Shown here: positions 52,367 to 62,227 of the stretch, piece by piece
Numbering within the stretch: the first letter of the stretch is position 1
How the letters are laid out: every line of letters begins with the position of its first letter
Source of the DNA: Polyangiaceae bacterium
GTDB lineage: Bacteria; Myxococcota_A; Polyangia; Polyangiales; Polyangiaceae
Direction: 5' to 3'
Length of the DNA stretch: 64,000 bases
NCBI GenBank assembly: GCA_044222475.1
Contig: JBGANF010000022.1
Span: forward strand, 1-64,000
Translations under genes and position numbers: made by a program
The notes under the pieces: generated by a model
What the model was told of the DNA's origin: nothing
Databases searched by the model: none
What the model saw: only the letters and a program-made list of their open reading frames with translations

Positions 52367-54232
52367 ATGGGTTCCGTCGACACGAACACGATTGTCATCG
52401 GTGGCTCGGTGGTGGGTGGCGTCGCGCTGCTCCTCACGTTGTTCACCGTCCTCTCGCGCTTCTACCGGCGCTGCGGCGCCGACGAGGCGCTCGTACGCAC
52501 CGGCGCCGGCGGCAACAAAGTCGTCATCGGCGGCGGTGTACTGGTCTACCCGATCCTGCACCAGCTTCTTCGCGTCTCCCTCCGGAGCGTGAAGCTCAGC
52601 GTGGAGCGGAGCGGGAAGAACGCGCTCGTGACCGCCGACAAGATCAAGGCGAACGTCACGACGGAGCTCTACATCAAGGTGGAGCCTCTGGCAGAAGACG
52701 TGCTGGCCGCGGCGCGCTCGTTCGGTGAGCGCAACCTCGACGAGCACGCCATCGCCGACCTCATCGAGGGCAAGCTCACCGACGCGCTTCGCAGCGTGTC
52801 GGCGAACCAGACCTTCATGGCTCTCCACGCGAACCGCAAGCAGTTCGCGGAGCGAATCCAGGAAGTCCTCGCCGAGGAGCTCAAGAAGAACGGTCTCACG
52901 CTCGAGAACGTCAGCATCACCGGTTTCGCGATGGTGCCGGTCAAGGATCTCGACCCGCAGGACGTGTTCGACGCGGAAGGTCTCCGCGCGATCACCGAGA
53001 GCGTGCAGACGAACCGCGAGATGACGAACAAGATCCAGCGCGAGAAGGAGAACCTCATTCAAGCGCAGAACGTCACTGCGCGGATGAAGCAGCTCGAGCT
53101 CGACCAAGCGCAGAAGCAGGCCGAGGCGGATCAAGGTCGAAAGGTGTCCGAGTATTCGGCGGCCCAGTCGGCGGAGACGGCCAAGGCGGTCTATGCGCAG
53201 GAGCAGATGCGTGAGCTCGCAGGTCTCGACAAGCAGCGGATGGTCGAGACGGCGCGCATCGAGCAGGAGAAGGCCGTGGCCGTCGCCCTCGCGGCGAAGC
53301 AACGAGCCGAGCGTGAAGCGCTCATCGAGGCGGAGAAGGGTCAGCAGGCGGCGGAAATCGCCAAGCGCAAGATCATCGAGGCGGCGAACATCGACAAGGA
53401 GAAGGTCGTGCAAGCTGCCGAGATCGACCGCCAGAAGGCGCTCGAAGCGGCGACGATCGAGAAGGAGAAGGTCGTCGAGGTGTCGCGGATCGGCAAGCAG
53501 ATTGCCGTGACGCAGAGCGAAGAAGAGAAGGCTCGCGCAGAGGCGGCGAAGGCGATTGCCCTCGCCGAGGAAGAGCGCGCCAAGCAGGAGATCACGACCG
53601 TGGAAGTCACCGCACAAGCGAACCGGGAGAAGGCAGTTGCCGTCATCCAGGCCGAGGCCGAGGCGTCGCGCAAGCGCATCGAGGCCGAGGCGCGGGTCGT
53701 CCAAGCGGAGCGAGACGCGGAAGTGGCTCGTCTCACTGCGGAAGCGATTCTTCGCCGGGGCGAGGCGGAAGCCCTCGCTCAGAAGAAGAAGGTCGAGGCA
53801 GAGAACGCGGTGTCGTCTCGCGTGGTCATGCGCGAGCTGATGCTCAAGGCTCTGTCGGTTGCTCCGGAGGTCGCACGGGAGCTCATGGCTCCGGCCAAGG
53901 CGATCACCGAGATCAAGGTGCTTCAGACCGGTGGCATGAACGGCAACGGCAGCAACGGTGCGGCTGGTGGCGTCATGTCGCCCATCCTGAAGACGATCAT
54001 GGAAGCCGGCGCGGCGTATCCCCTCATGAAGGAGATGATGTCGTTCGCGCAGGTGGACGACAAGAAGCTCGGCGCGAAGGTCTCTGGCCTTCTCGGTGAG
54101 CTCGGGACGGAGCTCGAGTCGGCGGTGAAGCCCGAAGCGGATGGTCCGGTGACCAGCCGCCCCGCGGCTCTCGCCACCGACGAGCTCATCGAGGTGAAGG
54201 AGAACGTCAGTGAGCCTCACGCGGCGGAGTGA
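52367..54232 (+). CDS. Flotillin/SPFH (YqiK-like) protein
   Basis: N-terminal TM, EALVRTGAGG, KLTDALRSV, KNGLTLENVSIT, FDAEGL, long EA-rich coiled coil. Confidence 0.9.
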   Translation: MGSVDTNTIVIGGSVVGGVALLLTLFTVLSRFYRRCGADEALVRTGAGGNKVVIGGGVLVYPILHQLLRVSLRSVKLSVERSGKNALVTADKIKANVTTELYIKVEPLAEDVLAAARSFGERNLDEHAIADLIEGKLTDALRSVSANQTFMALHANRKQFAERIQEVLAEELKKNGLTLENVSITGFAMVPVKDLDPQDVFDAEGLRAITESVQTNREMTNKIQREKENLIQAQNVTARMKQLELDQAQKQAEADQGRKVSEYSAAQSAETAKAVYAQEQMRELAGLDKQRMVETARIEQEKAVAVALAAKQRAEREALIEAEKGQQAAEIAKRKIIEAANIDKEKVVQAAEIDRQKALEAATIEKEKVVEVSRIGKQIAVTQSEEEKARAEAAKAIALAEEERAKQEITTVEVTAQANREKAVAVIQAEAEASRKRIEAEARVVQAERDAEVARLTAEAILRRGEAEALAQKKKVEAENAVSSRVVMRELMLKALSVAPEVARELMAPAKAITEIKVLQTGGMNGNGSNGAAGGVMSPILKTIMEAGAAYPLMKEMMSFAQVDDKKLGAKVSGLLGELGTELESAVKPEADGPVTSRPAALATDELIEVKENVSEPHAAE

Positions 54233-54311
54233 ACCGGGCCGCATCGACCAAACCGCACTCCTCGCTCTGGTAGCGGGGAGTGTGGTGCAGTCGAGCAGCC
54301 TCAGCGACTTC

Positions 54312-54695
54312 ATGTCTCTCAAGAAGTCGCTGCGCGAGGCGGTGAAGAAGGACCCGCTCGATGCTCTCATCGTGACGGTGTTGGGCGGGTCCTTCCTCTT
54401 CTACCTCGCGGAGAAGGACGACAATCCCAAGGTGAAGACGCCGTGGGATGCGCTGGTGTACGTCTCCACCTGCCTCAGCGTCGGCTACGCCGACATCTTC
54501 GCCCGCACGCCGGCGGGCAAGGCGATCGCCACGGCGATCATGACGGTGGGTCCGGCGCTCGCTGCGAAGGCGCTCGATCCGGCGGCGGACGAGCTCCCCG
54601 AGGACCTCGGTCCGAAGGCCCTCGCGGTGCAGGAGGCGATGGTGACGAAGCTGGATGCGATCTTGGGAGTGCTCGAGAAGCAGAAGGCGGCCTGA
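54312..54695 (+). CDS. Small 2-TM potassium-channel-like protein
   Basis: TM-pore-TM layout; PWDALVYVSTCLSVGYADIFARTPAGK. Confidence 0.75.
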   Translation: MSLKKSLREAVKKDPLDALIVTVLGGSFLFYLAEKDDNPKVKTPWDALVYVSTCLSVGYADIFARTPAGKAIATAIMTVGPALAAKALDPAADELPEDLGPKALAVQEAMVTKLDAILGVLEKQKAA

Positions 54696-54711
54696 GGAGA
54701 CTCGGGTGAGC

Positions 54712-54749
54712 AACGCCCCCGCGGTGACGAGAGTCGCTGCGGGGGCGTT
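54712..54749 (+). terminator. Strong stem-loop after the flotillin/channel operon
   Basis: 17-bp stem aacgcccccgcggtgac / gtcgctgcgggggcgtt (two G-U pairs) with GAGA loop; weak U-tract. Confidence 0.6.
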
Positions 54750-54771
54750 CTCGATTTGGAAGGAGGGTGTG

Positions 54772-55536
54772 ATGGGCCGAGCGCGGGGTGTGGGTGTGTT
54801 GGCTACATGGGTGATGGCCGGCGGATTGATGGCCTGCGGGGGGGGACGCCCCGACCAGGATCCAGGCGTCGTGGACTCGCTCCCCAGCACGACCGACTGC
54901 GCGCGGTCTGGTGTGGATGGAGTCACCTGCTACCCGACGCGGGGCATCGGGGACGAGGCGCGGCCGCTCACCACGAGTGAGCGCATCGCCGTCGGGGATG
55001 GATACGGTGACCGAATCGCGAACCTGAAGTTCGTTGGTTTCGGTGCGACCACGACCGAGGTCCCGATCGACACGGCGCACGGGACGACGGTCGTACAGCT
55101 CGCCGACTACTTCGATCCGAAGGCCGAGCGCTACTCGCTCATCGTGTTGAACGCGTGCACGCGTTGGTGTTCGTACTGCAACCAGCTCGCCGACGAGCTT
55201 GCCGCCGGCGCGGCGTCCGAGCACGCGCGGAAGGGCGTGGTGTTCATTCAAGCGATCACCGAGGGCTTCGACTACGCGCCCGCCACGACGACGGACATCG
55301 AGGCATTCACCCGGGACCACCGGGCGAGCTTCACCGTCGTCGCCGATCCCGGTGGACGGACGCTCGCGCCATACACCGGCTTGCCGGTGTATCCGTTCCT
55401 GATCGTCATCGACGCGAGGACGATGGAGATCGTGCAGTACGAGCGGGGCGCTCCCCGCGACTGGTCCGCGTACCTCGACACGGCGCTGGCGAGGGTGGGA
55501 AGTCGGGGACACCGTGAGGTCCACCTAGTGGCTTGA
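54772..55536 (+). CDS. Thioredoxin-fold (TlpA/redoxin-like) lipoprotein
   Basis: Lipobox LMAC; WCSYC; YPFLIVIDARTM. Confidence 0.7.
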   Translation: MGRARGVGVLATWVMAGGLMACGGGRPDQDPGVVDSLPSTTDCARSGVDGVTCYPTRGIGDEARPLTTSERIAVGDGYGDRIANLKFVGFGATTTEVPIDTAHGTTVVQLADYFDPKAERYSLIVLNACTRWCSYCNQLADELAAGAASEHARKGVVFIQAITEGFDYAPATTTDIEAFTRDHRASFTVVADPGGRTLAPYTGLPVYPFLIVIDARTMEIVQYERGAPRDWSAYLDTALARVGSRGHREVHLVA

Positions 55537-55569
55537 AACTCGGGGCCCCGATTGGGCACACTGCGAGGG

Positions 55570-55875
55570 GTGAGCCTTCGCGACGAGCTCGAGGCATCTC
55601 TTGGTCCGGTTCGACTCTCCGACTTGCGTGCCCACCTCGCACGCGACGGCGTGATCGTCGTCGCACCCTCCCTCGATCTGCTCGAGGTCGGCGAGGCGCT
55701 CGCCCGCGACGACAAGGCGACGGTGGGGCGATGGATCGAGTCCGGTGAGCTCACGAAGCCGTCGCTCGCGACGATCGAGGCGTGGTCGAAGGTGGACGGC
55801 GACGCATGGACCGCCCTCGTCGTGCAGCCGTTCGTGCTGGTCCAGGAGACGTCCGCCGCAGAAGCACGGGCCTGA
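55570..55875 (+). CDS. DUF2288-like small protein
   Basis: LRAHLARD.VIVV...LDLLEVG..LA.DD..V..W...ALVVQPFVLVQ. Confidence 0.7.
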   Translation: MSLRDELEASLGPVRLSDLRAHLARDGVIVVAPSLDLLEVGEALARDDKATVGRWIESGELTKPSLATIEAWSKVDGDAWTALVVQPFVLVQETSAAEARA

Positions 55876-57752
55876 TGCCGGGCTTCCGTGTCCTGCCCAA
55901 CGCCGAATGCACCGAGGCCATCGTGTGCGACGACACGGCGTGCACCGACGAAGCACTCGCCAACGGTCGCGCCCATCTCCCCGATGATCTGAGGTGGACC
56001 GAGGGCGAGGCTCCTCTGTGCCACGCCCCGACGACGATCGCCGGCTCGCAGTCGACCGTCGTCGCGCTCGTGATGCCGGCCGTGGGATTGCTGCTCCTCG
56101 CCGCCGCCATTCGTCGCGGTGCGGTCGTTCGGGAGCTGACGCGCCGGCGTCGGGCGCTGGCGGCGGTGCTGGGCGCATCGACCTTCGGGTTGGCGCTCGC
56201 ATGGCATGGGCGCATCTCTCCGGTTCATTGGGTCCGCGGTCACGTGTTCGTGGTGGCCGCCATCGCGGCGACCGCGATCCTCGCCGGTTGGCTCGCAACG
56301 CGCGCGGTGTCGCGCGCTGCCGGGTGGCCTTCGGTCGCCGCCGCTGCGCTCCTACCGCTCGTGCCGGGCGCGGTAGTTGCAGAGTACACGCGAGCGACGA
56401 ACGCCCACTACATCGCGTGGCTCTGGAGCAGTTGGGGCTTCATCACCCGAGCGCGATCGCTCGCGGAGGACGTCGACGAGATGGGCGCGCCTTGGGTCGT
56501 CGGGCTCGCCGGGACCGCCGCGGTGTTCGTCGCGGCGGCGATCGTCGACGCCGCCGATGCACCCCCGATCCGGTGGCCGCGTGCGCTGGGAGGCGCTGCG
56601 CTCCTCGGGGTCGCGTACGCGACCGCGTTCGCGCGGTCGTTGGGGGTCGGTCCAGCGCTGGCGCTGGTGCTCGCGCTCGCCGTCGGGTTCCTCGCTCGCG
56701 GCGCCCGTCCGTGGGCCGTCGTCGCTGCGGTCACGAGCATCGGCGTCGTCGCGATCTCCGCGACGGTACGCGACGCCGTCGGGATGATCGGGTGGGAGGA
56801 CGGATGGCCCGATCGTCTCGCGTGGATCGCGCGCGCGACGTGGTCGAGCGAGTGGCTGCCGCTCGTCGTCGCCGCGTCGGCGACGTTCGTCGTTCTGTCG
56901 TCGTCGGCGCGGGATCCGGCGCCCTCGCGCGCAGATCCGCTTCGCAGCATCGTGGCGCTGGCGGCGGTCTGCTTCCTCTCGATCGGGCCGCTACGCATGG
57001 CACTTTACGTCACGCGCATCGCGGGGGTTGCGTCGCGTTTCGCCGCGGCGGCAGCGGACCTCGACGCGCCGCGGGTCGTCGACTCCGATCACGACGAGCT
57101 CGCGCCCGACGTGTTCGCCGTTCGCGCGTCGGGCGTCACGCGCGCCAACCTCGACGACGACGAAGCATGGACCGAAGCGCCTCCCGCGACGCCCATCCAG
57201 CGCGCACTTCCGACGCTCGTCGCGATGCGCGGTGACACGACGGTCGACGCGGCGCGAGCGCGGATGGCCGCGCTGCGCGGTCCGCTCGCGACCATGTTCC
57301 TGCTCGTCCGAACCGACCCGCCGCCGGTAGGCCGGCTCGCGACGGCGTTCGTCGGCGCGCCGATTCGGTCGATCCCGATCGTCTTCGCGATCGATCCGGA
57401 GCAGCTCGACGAAAAGCTTCGTCATGCCGTCGTCGTGCGCCCGATCGACGAACGGACGTTCGCAGTGACGGGACAACGGAACGACACCGACGTCGTCCCG
57501 AGCTCCGCCGTCGCCGCCACGGTCGCGGCGAAATGCCGCTTCCCGTCGGCCATGAACCACCCGAACCCTCTCCTGTTCCTCGTCGTTCCCGGCGCCCGCA
57601 CCTTGAACGAAGTGCTCGCCCTCACCGCGCAGCTCCTCCCGCAGCTCGACTTCATGCACTTCGGTGGTGGGGGCGTGTGCCGCTTCCGCGCGCTCGCGCT
57701 CGAGCCCGATCCTCTTCACTCCCGCTCGTCTTTTGCAGCGCCACCGCAATGA
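55875..57752 (+). CDS. Polytopic membrane protein with C-terminal soluble domain
   Basis: TGATG-coupled start; many hydrophobic segments. Confidence 0.55.
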   Translation: MPGFRVLPNAECTEAIVCDDTACTDEALANGRAHLPDDLRWTEGEAPLCHAPTTIAGSQSTVVALVMPAVGLLLLAAAIRRGAVVRELTRRRRALAAVLGASTFGLALAWHGRISPVHWVRGHVFVVAAIAATAILAGWLATRAVSRAAGWPSVAAAALLPLVPGAVVAEYTRATNAHYIAWLWSSWGFITRARSLAEDVDEMGAPWVVGLAGTAAVFVAAAIVDAADAPPIRWPRALGGAALLGVAYATAFARSLGVGPALALVLALAVGFLARGARPWAVVAAVTSIGVVAISATVRDAVGMIGWEDGWPDRLAWIARATWSSEWLPLVVAASATFVVLSSSARDPAPSRADPLRSIVALAAVCFLSIGPLRMALYVTRIAGVASRFAAAAADLDAPRVVDSDHDELAPDVFAVRASGVTRANLDDDEAWTEAPPATPIQRALPTLVAMRGDTTVDAARARMAALRGPLATMFLLVRTDPPPVGRLATAFVGAPIRSIPIVFAIDPEQLDEKLRHAVVVRPIDERTFAVTGQRNDTDVVPSSAVAATVAAKCRFPSAMNHPNPLLFLVVPGARTLNEVLALTAQLLPQLDFMHFGGGGVCRFRALALEPDPLHSRSSFAAPPQ

Positions 57753-57814
57753 ATCGTGCGCGGCGCTGACGAATTCGGCGAACCAGCGCGCGTCACCGGT
57801 GTCCAACCGTGGTC

Positions 57815-58225
57815 ATGCGCCACCCCCACGACGTCCTTGGTGTCGAGGCCGACGCCGACCTGCCCACCATCAAGCGAGCGTTCCGCGCGCTCGCCAAGGA
57901 GCTCCACCCGGATCGCAACGCCGACCCGAGCGCCGGCGTTCGGTTTCGTGAGCTCCTCGAAGCGTACGATCAGGCGGTCAAAGACGCTGCCGCACGAGCG
58001 ACGTGGGCGAGCCTGCGCCCGAGCGCGCCACACGAGGCGAGCGCGGTCGACTTCGATGCCGTCGGCCCGACGCCGTACGCGGCCGGTGACGACGAGCTGC
58101 GCGGCGTCTCGCCGGCGGCGTTCTGCACCGCCGCCTACCAGGAGCGCCTCACGCGCATCGTCGTGAGCAGTCTCGTGGGTAGCGTCGTGATGTTGTTCGT
58201 GTCGTCGGTGCTGAGTCACTTCTAG
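57815..58225 (+). CDS. J-domain (DnaJ-like) membrane protein
   Basis: VLGV...IKRAFRALAKELHPD; C-terminal TM. Confidence 0.85.
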   Translation: MRHPHDVLGVEADADLPTIKRAFRALAKELHPDRNADPSAGVRFRELLEAYDQAVKDAAARATWASLRPSAPHEASAVDFDAVGPTPYAAGDDELRGVSPAAFCTAAYQERLTRIVVSSLVGSVVMLFVSSVLSHF

Positions 58226-58232
58226 CGGTCGC

Positions 58233-59144
58233 TCAGGCGACGGTCACCACCACGTTGCCCTTCTTGTGCCCCGCGTCGACGTAGCGGTGCGCTTCGACGA
58301 TGTCCTCGAGCGGGTACGTCCGATCGATCACTGCCGTCAGCTTGCCCGCCTGCGCGAGCTTGGCGAGCTCGTCGAGGTCGTCGGCCTCGAACTTCGCGGA
58401 GCCCATGACGGACACGAAGCGTCCACCCTTCTTCAGCGCGCGCTTGCCGAGCGACGACTTGCACTTGCCTGCTGCGTCGAAGACGACGTCGAACACTGGC
58501 CCCTCTGCGGTGAAGTCTCGCGTCGTGTAGTCGATCACCGCGTCGGCACCGAGAGACTCGACCAACGCCGCGTTCGGCGCGCTGCAGACCGCCGTGACGT
58601 TGGCGCCGATCTGCTTCGCCAGCTGCACGGCGTACGTCCCCACGCTCCCGGACGCGCCGTGGACGAGGATCCGCTCGCCGGAGCGAAGGCCGGCGAGTCG
58701 GAGGAACGCGCGCGCCGTCAGCGCACCGACCGGCATGGCCGCGGCCTGCTCGAAGCTCAGGTTGCCAGGCTTGAGCGAGACGAGGCCCACATCGAAGATC
58801 TTCCCGTGCATGCGCAAGCAGCAGTAGTCGGCGTGGCCACCGAAGCCGAAACCGGTGAACGCGAACACCTCGTCGCCGGGTCGGAATCGCTGCACGTCCT
58901 TGCCGACGGCATCCACGACGCCGGCGAGCTCGAAGCCGAGGATGGTCACCTTCTTCGGCCTCGAGAGGCCATTGAAGATGCGCGCCAGGAACGGATCGGC
59001 GCGACGCAGCCGCGAATCTCCAGCGGTGACGGTGGTGGCGCGAACGCGCACCAAGATCTCGTCGTCCCCGGGCGCGGGCTTGGCCACGTCCTCGATACGA
59101 ACGACATCGGGAGATCCGTAGCGCGCATACACGGCTGCTCTCAT
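58233..59144 (-). CDS. MDR-family NAD(P)-dependent oxidoreductase
   Basis: MRAAVYARYGSPDV, HGASGSVG, IDYT, GHKKGNVV. Confidence 0.9.
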   Translation of the reverse strand: MRAAVYARYGSPDVVRIEDVAKPAPGDDEILVRVRATTVTAGDSRLRRADPFLARIFNGLSRPKKVTILGFELAGVVDAVGKDVQRFRPGDEVFAFTGFGFGGHADYCCLRMHGKIFDVGLVSLKPGNLSFEQAAAMPVGALTARAFLRLAGLRSGERILVHGASGSVGTYAVQLAKQIGANVTAVCSAPNAALVESLGADAVIDYTTRDFTAEGPVFDVVFDAAGKCKSSLGKRALKKGGRFVSVMGSAKFEADDLDELAKLAQAGKLTAVIDRTYPLEDIVEAHRYVDAGHKKGNVVVTVA

Positions 59145-59155
59145 CGTTGCCTCCC

Positions 59156-61864
59156 TCACGCCATGGCGGTGAGCTCTTCGAACGCCGAGTAGTACGACGC
59201 TCGGAACTCGGCCAGCGTCGACGCTCCGGCCACCGAGCGGTGCGTGACGACGTTGCGGACTTGCGCGAGGACCTGGAGCTTGTGCGCGAGCTTCACTGCT
59301 CGATCGGCGCTCGTGCACGTCACCGCGAGCACGTTCTTCGGGCCGGACGGGTGATCGACCGCGAGGAACAGCATCATTCGCGACCAATCGGTGACCGAGA
59401 TCGGCGAGTCGAGCTGCTTGAGCCTGCGCTCCTGATACTCGCGCATGGAGTTTACCACCGACCGCAGCGGGAGCTCGATCGAGAGCGTGCCGACCTTCAC
59501 CGACTCGGGCCATCGCTCGGCGAGCCACCGTTGGTACGCGGGCCACGACGAACCGAGCAGACGATCGGTGAGCTCCCACAGCTGGCTCGGCCGATCCTGC
59601 AGCGCGCGCAGGCGCGGGCCGAGCCACGCGTGCATGTACCCCTCGAGGCACTTCATCCAGAGGATGATCGGTGCCGACATGTCCGCGTCGACACCGCTCG
59701 CGGTCTGGAGCATCTCCGCCGTGCGCAGGCTTCGCCCGAGCGGCTCGAATCCGCGAGCCGCCTTGAGCTTCGTCCACGTCGGGAACGAGGCCGCTATCGC
59801 GGCGTCGACCGAGGCACCCGTCGACGCGACCGGGCGCGTCGCCTCGAGCGCGCTCACCTTCAGCTCGAGGAGGATCTCGTACACCGGATCGTCCTGCGAG
59901 ATCCGCGTGAGCGCCGCGTCGAGCGCCTCGACGACGCCGTCTCCCGTCGGGGCGTCGATGCGACGTGCCAACCGGAGCGCAGCGTCGCGGTCGGGCGTTC
60001 GCGAGACGAAATCGATCACCCGCAGCGTCGCCGACGGGATCTTCTGCGCGAGCAGAGCCTCGGTGGCGCGCTCTTGAACGGCGGGGTCGGCGTCGGTCAG
60101 AGACTTCGCGAGCGCAGCCTCTTGGCCGCCGATGCGCCCGAGCGCGATCACCGCACGCTCGCGGACGCGCGGCGACGGATCGCGCGCGAGCTCGATGAGC
60201 GGCTCGGCCGGTACGTTCGTCCCGAGCGAGGACACGCGCGCGGCTGCCGCGCGAACGCGGGCATCGGCCGCGCCGAAGAGCTTCTTCAAGCGATCGCTGG
60301 CTCGCGCGAGCGACGGCGGTGCGGAGGGCGGTCCCTCGGTAGGGTGTTCCACGCTCTTCTCCATCGCGCGGCTCACGGCGTCGAGCGCCTCCGGGTCGTC
60401 TTCTTGGTTCCACAGGTGCACGAGATCGGCGAAGCGCGCCGGCGCGCCGATCTCGCCGAGGCCGACGAAAGCCGCCACGCGTAGGTCGGAGCGATCCACC
60501 TCGCGCCGCGCGAGCTCGACGAGCTCCGGAACGAGCGCCCGGCAGTCGAGGTTCCCGGCGACGTACGCGGCTCGACGCCGAACCGACGGATCGCCGTCGA
60601 CGAGCGTCTTCTTGACGATCGCTTCGACGCGCGCGCGATCGGCCGGTTCCATGCTTCGCGGTCGCGCTGCGAGTTGGAGCGCCCAGAGAAGCGCGCCGCG
60701 CACGCTCGGCGCGTGATCGTCGGCGAGGTGGCCGAGTCGATCGAGGAGCAGCGCGAGCGGCGCGAACGCGCCGATCGTCTGCGTCGCCGCGACGCGCACT
60801 GCAGGCTCCGGCGAAGTAGCCAGATCGACGAGGACGTCGCGCTCCCACGGCTCGTTGGCTTCGATCGAGCCCGCGGCGCGCGCGCGAACGCGTACGTCGT
60901 GGGCTTCGTCCTTCGCGACGCGCGCCAAGAACGTGGTGACCTCGGGTGCGCGGACCTCGGCGACGATTTGGATCACGCCCTCTGCGTCGTCCGCGAGGAG
61001 CAGCTCGGCCTGCGCGAGGACGTCGGCGACCGGCATGGTCCGCAGGCGGCGCGCGAGCGCGGCGCGGGCGGCGCGATCCGTCTCGGTGAGCGCGGCGAGG
61101 ATGCGCTCCCCGGCGTCGCGCTTCAGCTCGGACTCGAGGGCCCGCGAGACGAGCGCGGCGATGATCCGCAGCGCCGCGCTCTCGTGGCGGACGAGCTTGC
61201 GCAACGTCTTGGTGACGCCGGGGTTGCCGATCTCGGCGAGGTAGCGCACCGCAGCGACGACGACCTCTTGCGGCGGATCGTGGGCGAGCGCGGCGAGCGC
61301 GGACGCTTCGCCGACGTTGGACCGAATCTCCGCGAGCGCGGCGAGCGCGGCGGTCGGCTCGCTCTCCACGAGCTCCGCGACCCGCACCGCGGCGCTCTGC
61401 GCGCCCATTCGTCCGAGCGCAGCGATCGCGGCGAGTCGCAGCGTGCGGCTCGTGTCGTCGCGTAGAAAACCGGCGACGGTCTCTTCGAGCGCCGGGAACG
61501 CGAGACCACCGGCGGCGGTGATCGCGGCCTCGACGACGGACTCGTCGTCGTCCGAGATGCGGCTGTGCACGTAGGGCATCAGCCAGACGTTTCGAAACCC
61601 GAGGCCCATCGCGTGGAGGAGCTGCACTCGCTCGGGCGGGGCATCGGCTTCGCGCGCGATCGAGAGCAGGACGAACGCCGCGCGCTCTGCGATCTCCCAG
61701 GGCGCGGAGTACGCGCGGCCCGCGAGCGAGCCGAGCGCGCGACACGCGTCCATTCGGGCGTTCGACGTCGGCGCCTCGTGGGCGGCGCGCTCGAGCTTGG
61801 CGAGCGCGTCTTTCGGCGTGATCTGCTCGTCCTCGAGAGCGCGCTGCACCGTGCGTGCGTCCAT
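59156..61864 (-). CDS. HEAT-repeat protein with C-terminal HEPN-like domain
   Basis: Many HEAT units (VRRRAAYVAG, VRERAVIALG); C-terminal DMS...KCLE and RNVVTH. Confidence 0.7.
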   Translation of the reverse strand: MDARTVQRALEDEQITPKDALAKLERAAHEAPTSNARMDACRALGSLAGRAYSAPWEIAERAAFVLLSIAREADAPPERVQLLHAMGLGFRNVWLMPYVHSRISDDDESVVEAAITAAGGLAFPALEETVAGFLRDDTSRTLRLAAIAALGRMGAQSAAVRVAELVESEPTAALAALAEIRSNVGEASALAALAHDPPQEVVVAAVRYLAEIGNPGVTKTLRKLVRHESAALRIIAALVSRALESELKRDAGERILAALTETDRAARAALARRLRTMPVADVLAQAELLLADDAEGVIQIVAEVRAPEVTTFLARVAKDEAHDVRVRARAAGSIEANEPWERDVLVDLATSPEPAVRVAATQTIGAFAPLALLLDRLGHLADDHAPSVRGALLWALQLAARPRSMEPADRARVEAIVKKTLVDGDPSVRRRAAYVAGNLDCRALVPELVELARREVDRSDLRVAAFVGLGEIGAPARFADLVHLWNQEDDPEALDAVSRAMEKSVEHPTEGPPSAPPSLARASDRLKKLFGAADARVRAAAARVSSLGTNVPAEPLIELARDPSPRVRERAVIALGRIGGQEAALAKSLTDADPAVQERATEALLAQKIPSATLRVIDFVSRTPDRDAALRLARRIDAPTGDGVVEALDAALTRISQDDPVYEILLELKVSALEATRPVASTGASVDAAIAASFPTWTKLKAARGFEPLGRSLRTAEMLQTASGVDADMSAPIILWMKCLEGYMHAWLGPRLRALQDRPSQLWELTDRLLGSSWPAYQRWLAERWPESVKVGTLSIELPLRSVVNSMREYQERRLKQLDSPISVTDWSRMMLFLAVDHPSGPKNVLAVTCTSADRAVKLAHKLQVLAQVRNVVTHRSVAGASTLAEFRASYYSAFEELTAMA

Positions 61865-61924
61865 CAGGTCCGAGAGTACGTTCAAATCGGCTTCGCCGGC
61901 GAGCCATCGAGGTACGATCGCGAC

Positions 61925-62227
61925 ATGGCCGAAACGAACCTCGCGCACCTCGACGCCATCGCGCGCAGCATCGCGCCCTGGGTGCCACACCCGGCGCTCA
62001 CCGTGAACCAGGCGACGCTTCGCGTCGTGAAGTACGACGCGCAAGGCCCCGAAGTGCACCATCACGACGTCGACGAGTGCTACGTCGTGCTCGAAGGCGA
62101 GCTCGTGATCGAGATCGTGGGCGCACCCACGACCCATCTGAAGAAGGGCGACGCGTTCGTCGTCCGCGCGGGGACGGGGCATCGCCCGATGGCGCTTCCG
62201 ACGGCGTCGGTCCTGCTGATTACGTAG
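61925..62227 (+). CDS. Cupin-2 domain protein
   Basis: HHHDVDECYVVLEG...GDAFVV..GTGH. Confidence 0.85.
   Translation: MAETNLAHLDAIARSIAPWVPHPALTVNQATLRVVKYDAQGPEVHHHDVDECYVVLEGELVIEIVGAPTTHLKKGDAFVVRAGTGHRPMALPTASVLLIT

Noticed and set aside
58233..61988. 1251-aa ORF suggesting a giant fusion ending in an MDR oxidoreductase
   Set aside because: The first ~950 aa are Arg-rich off-frame translation over the HEAT gene; the real gene starts at 59144. The same artefact inflates ORFs 3796..6450, 11948..13951, 14031..15884, 17853..19682 and 41665..45006.
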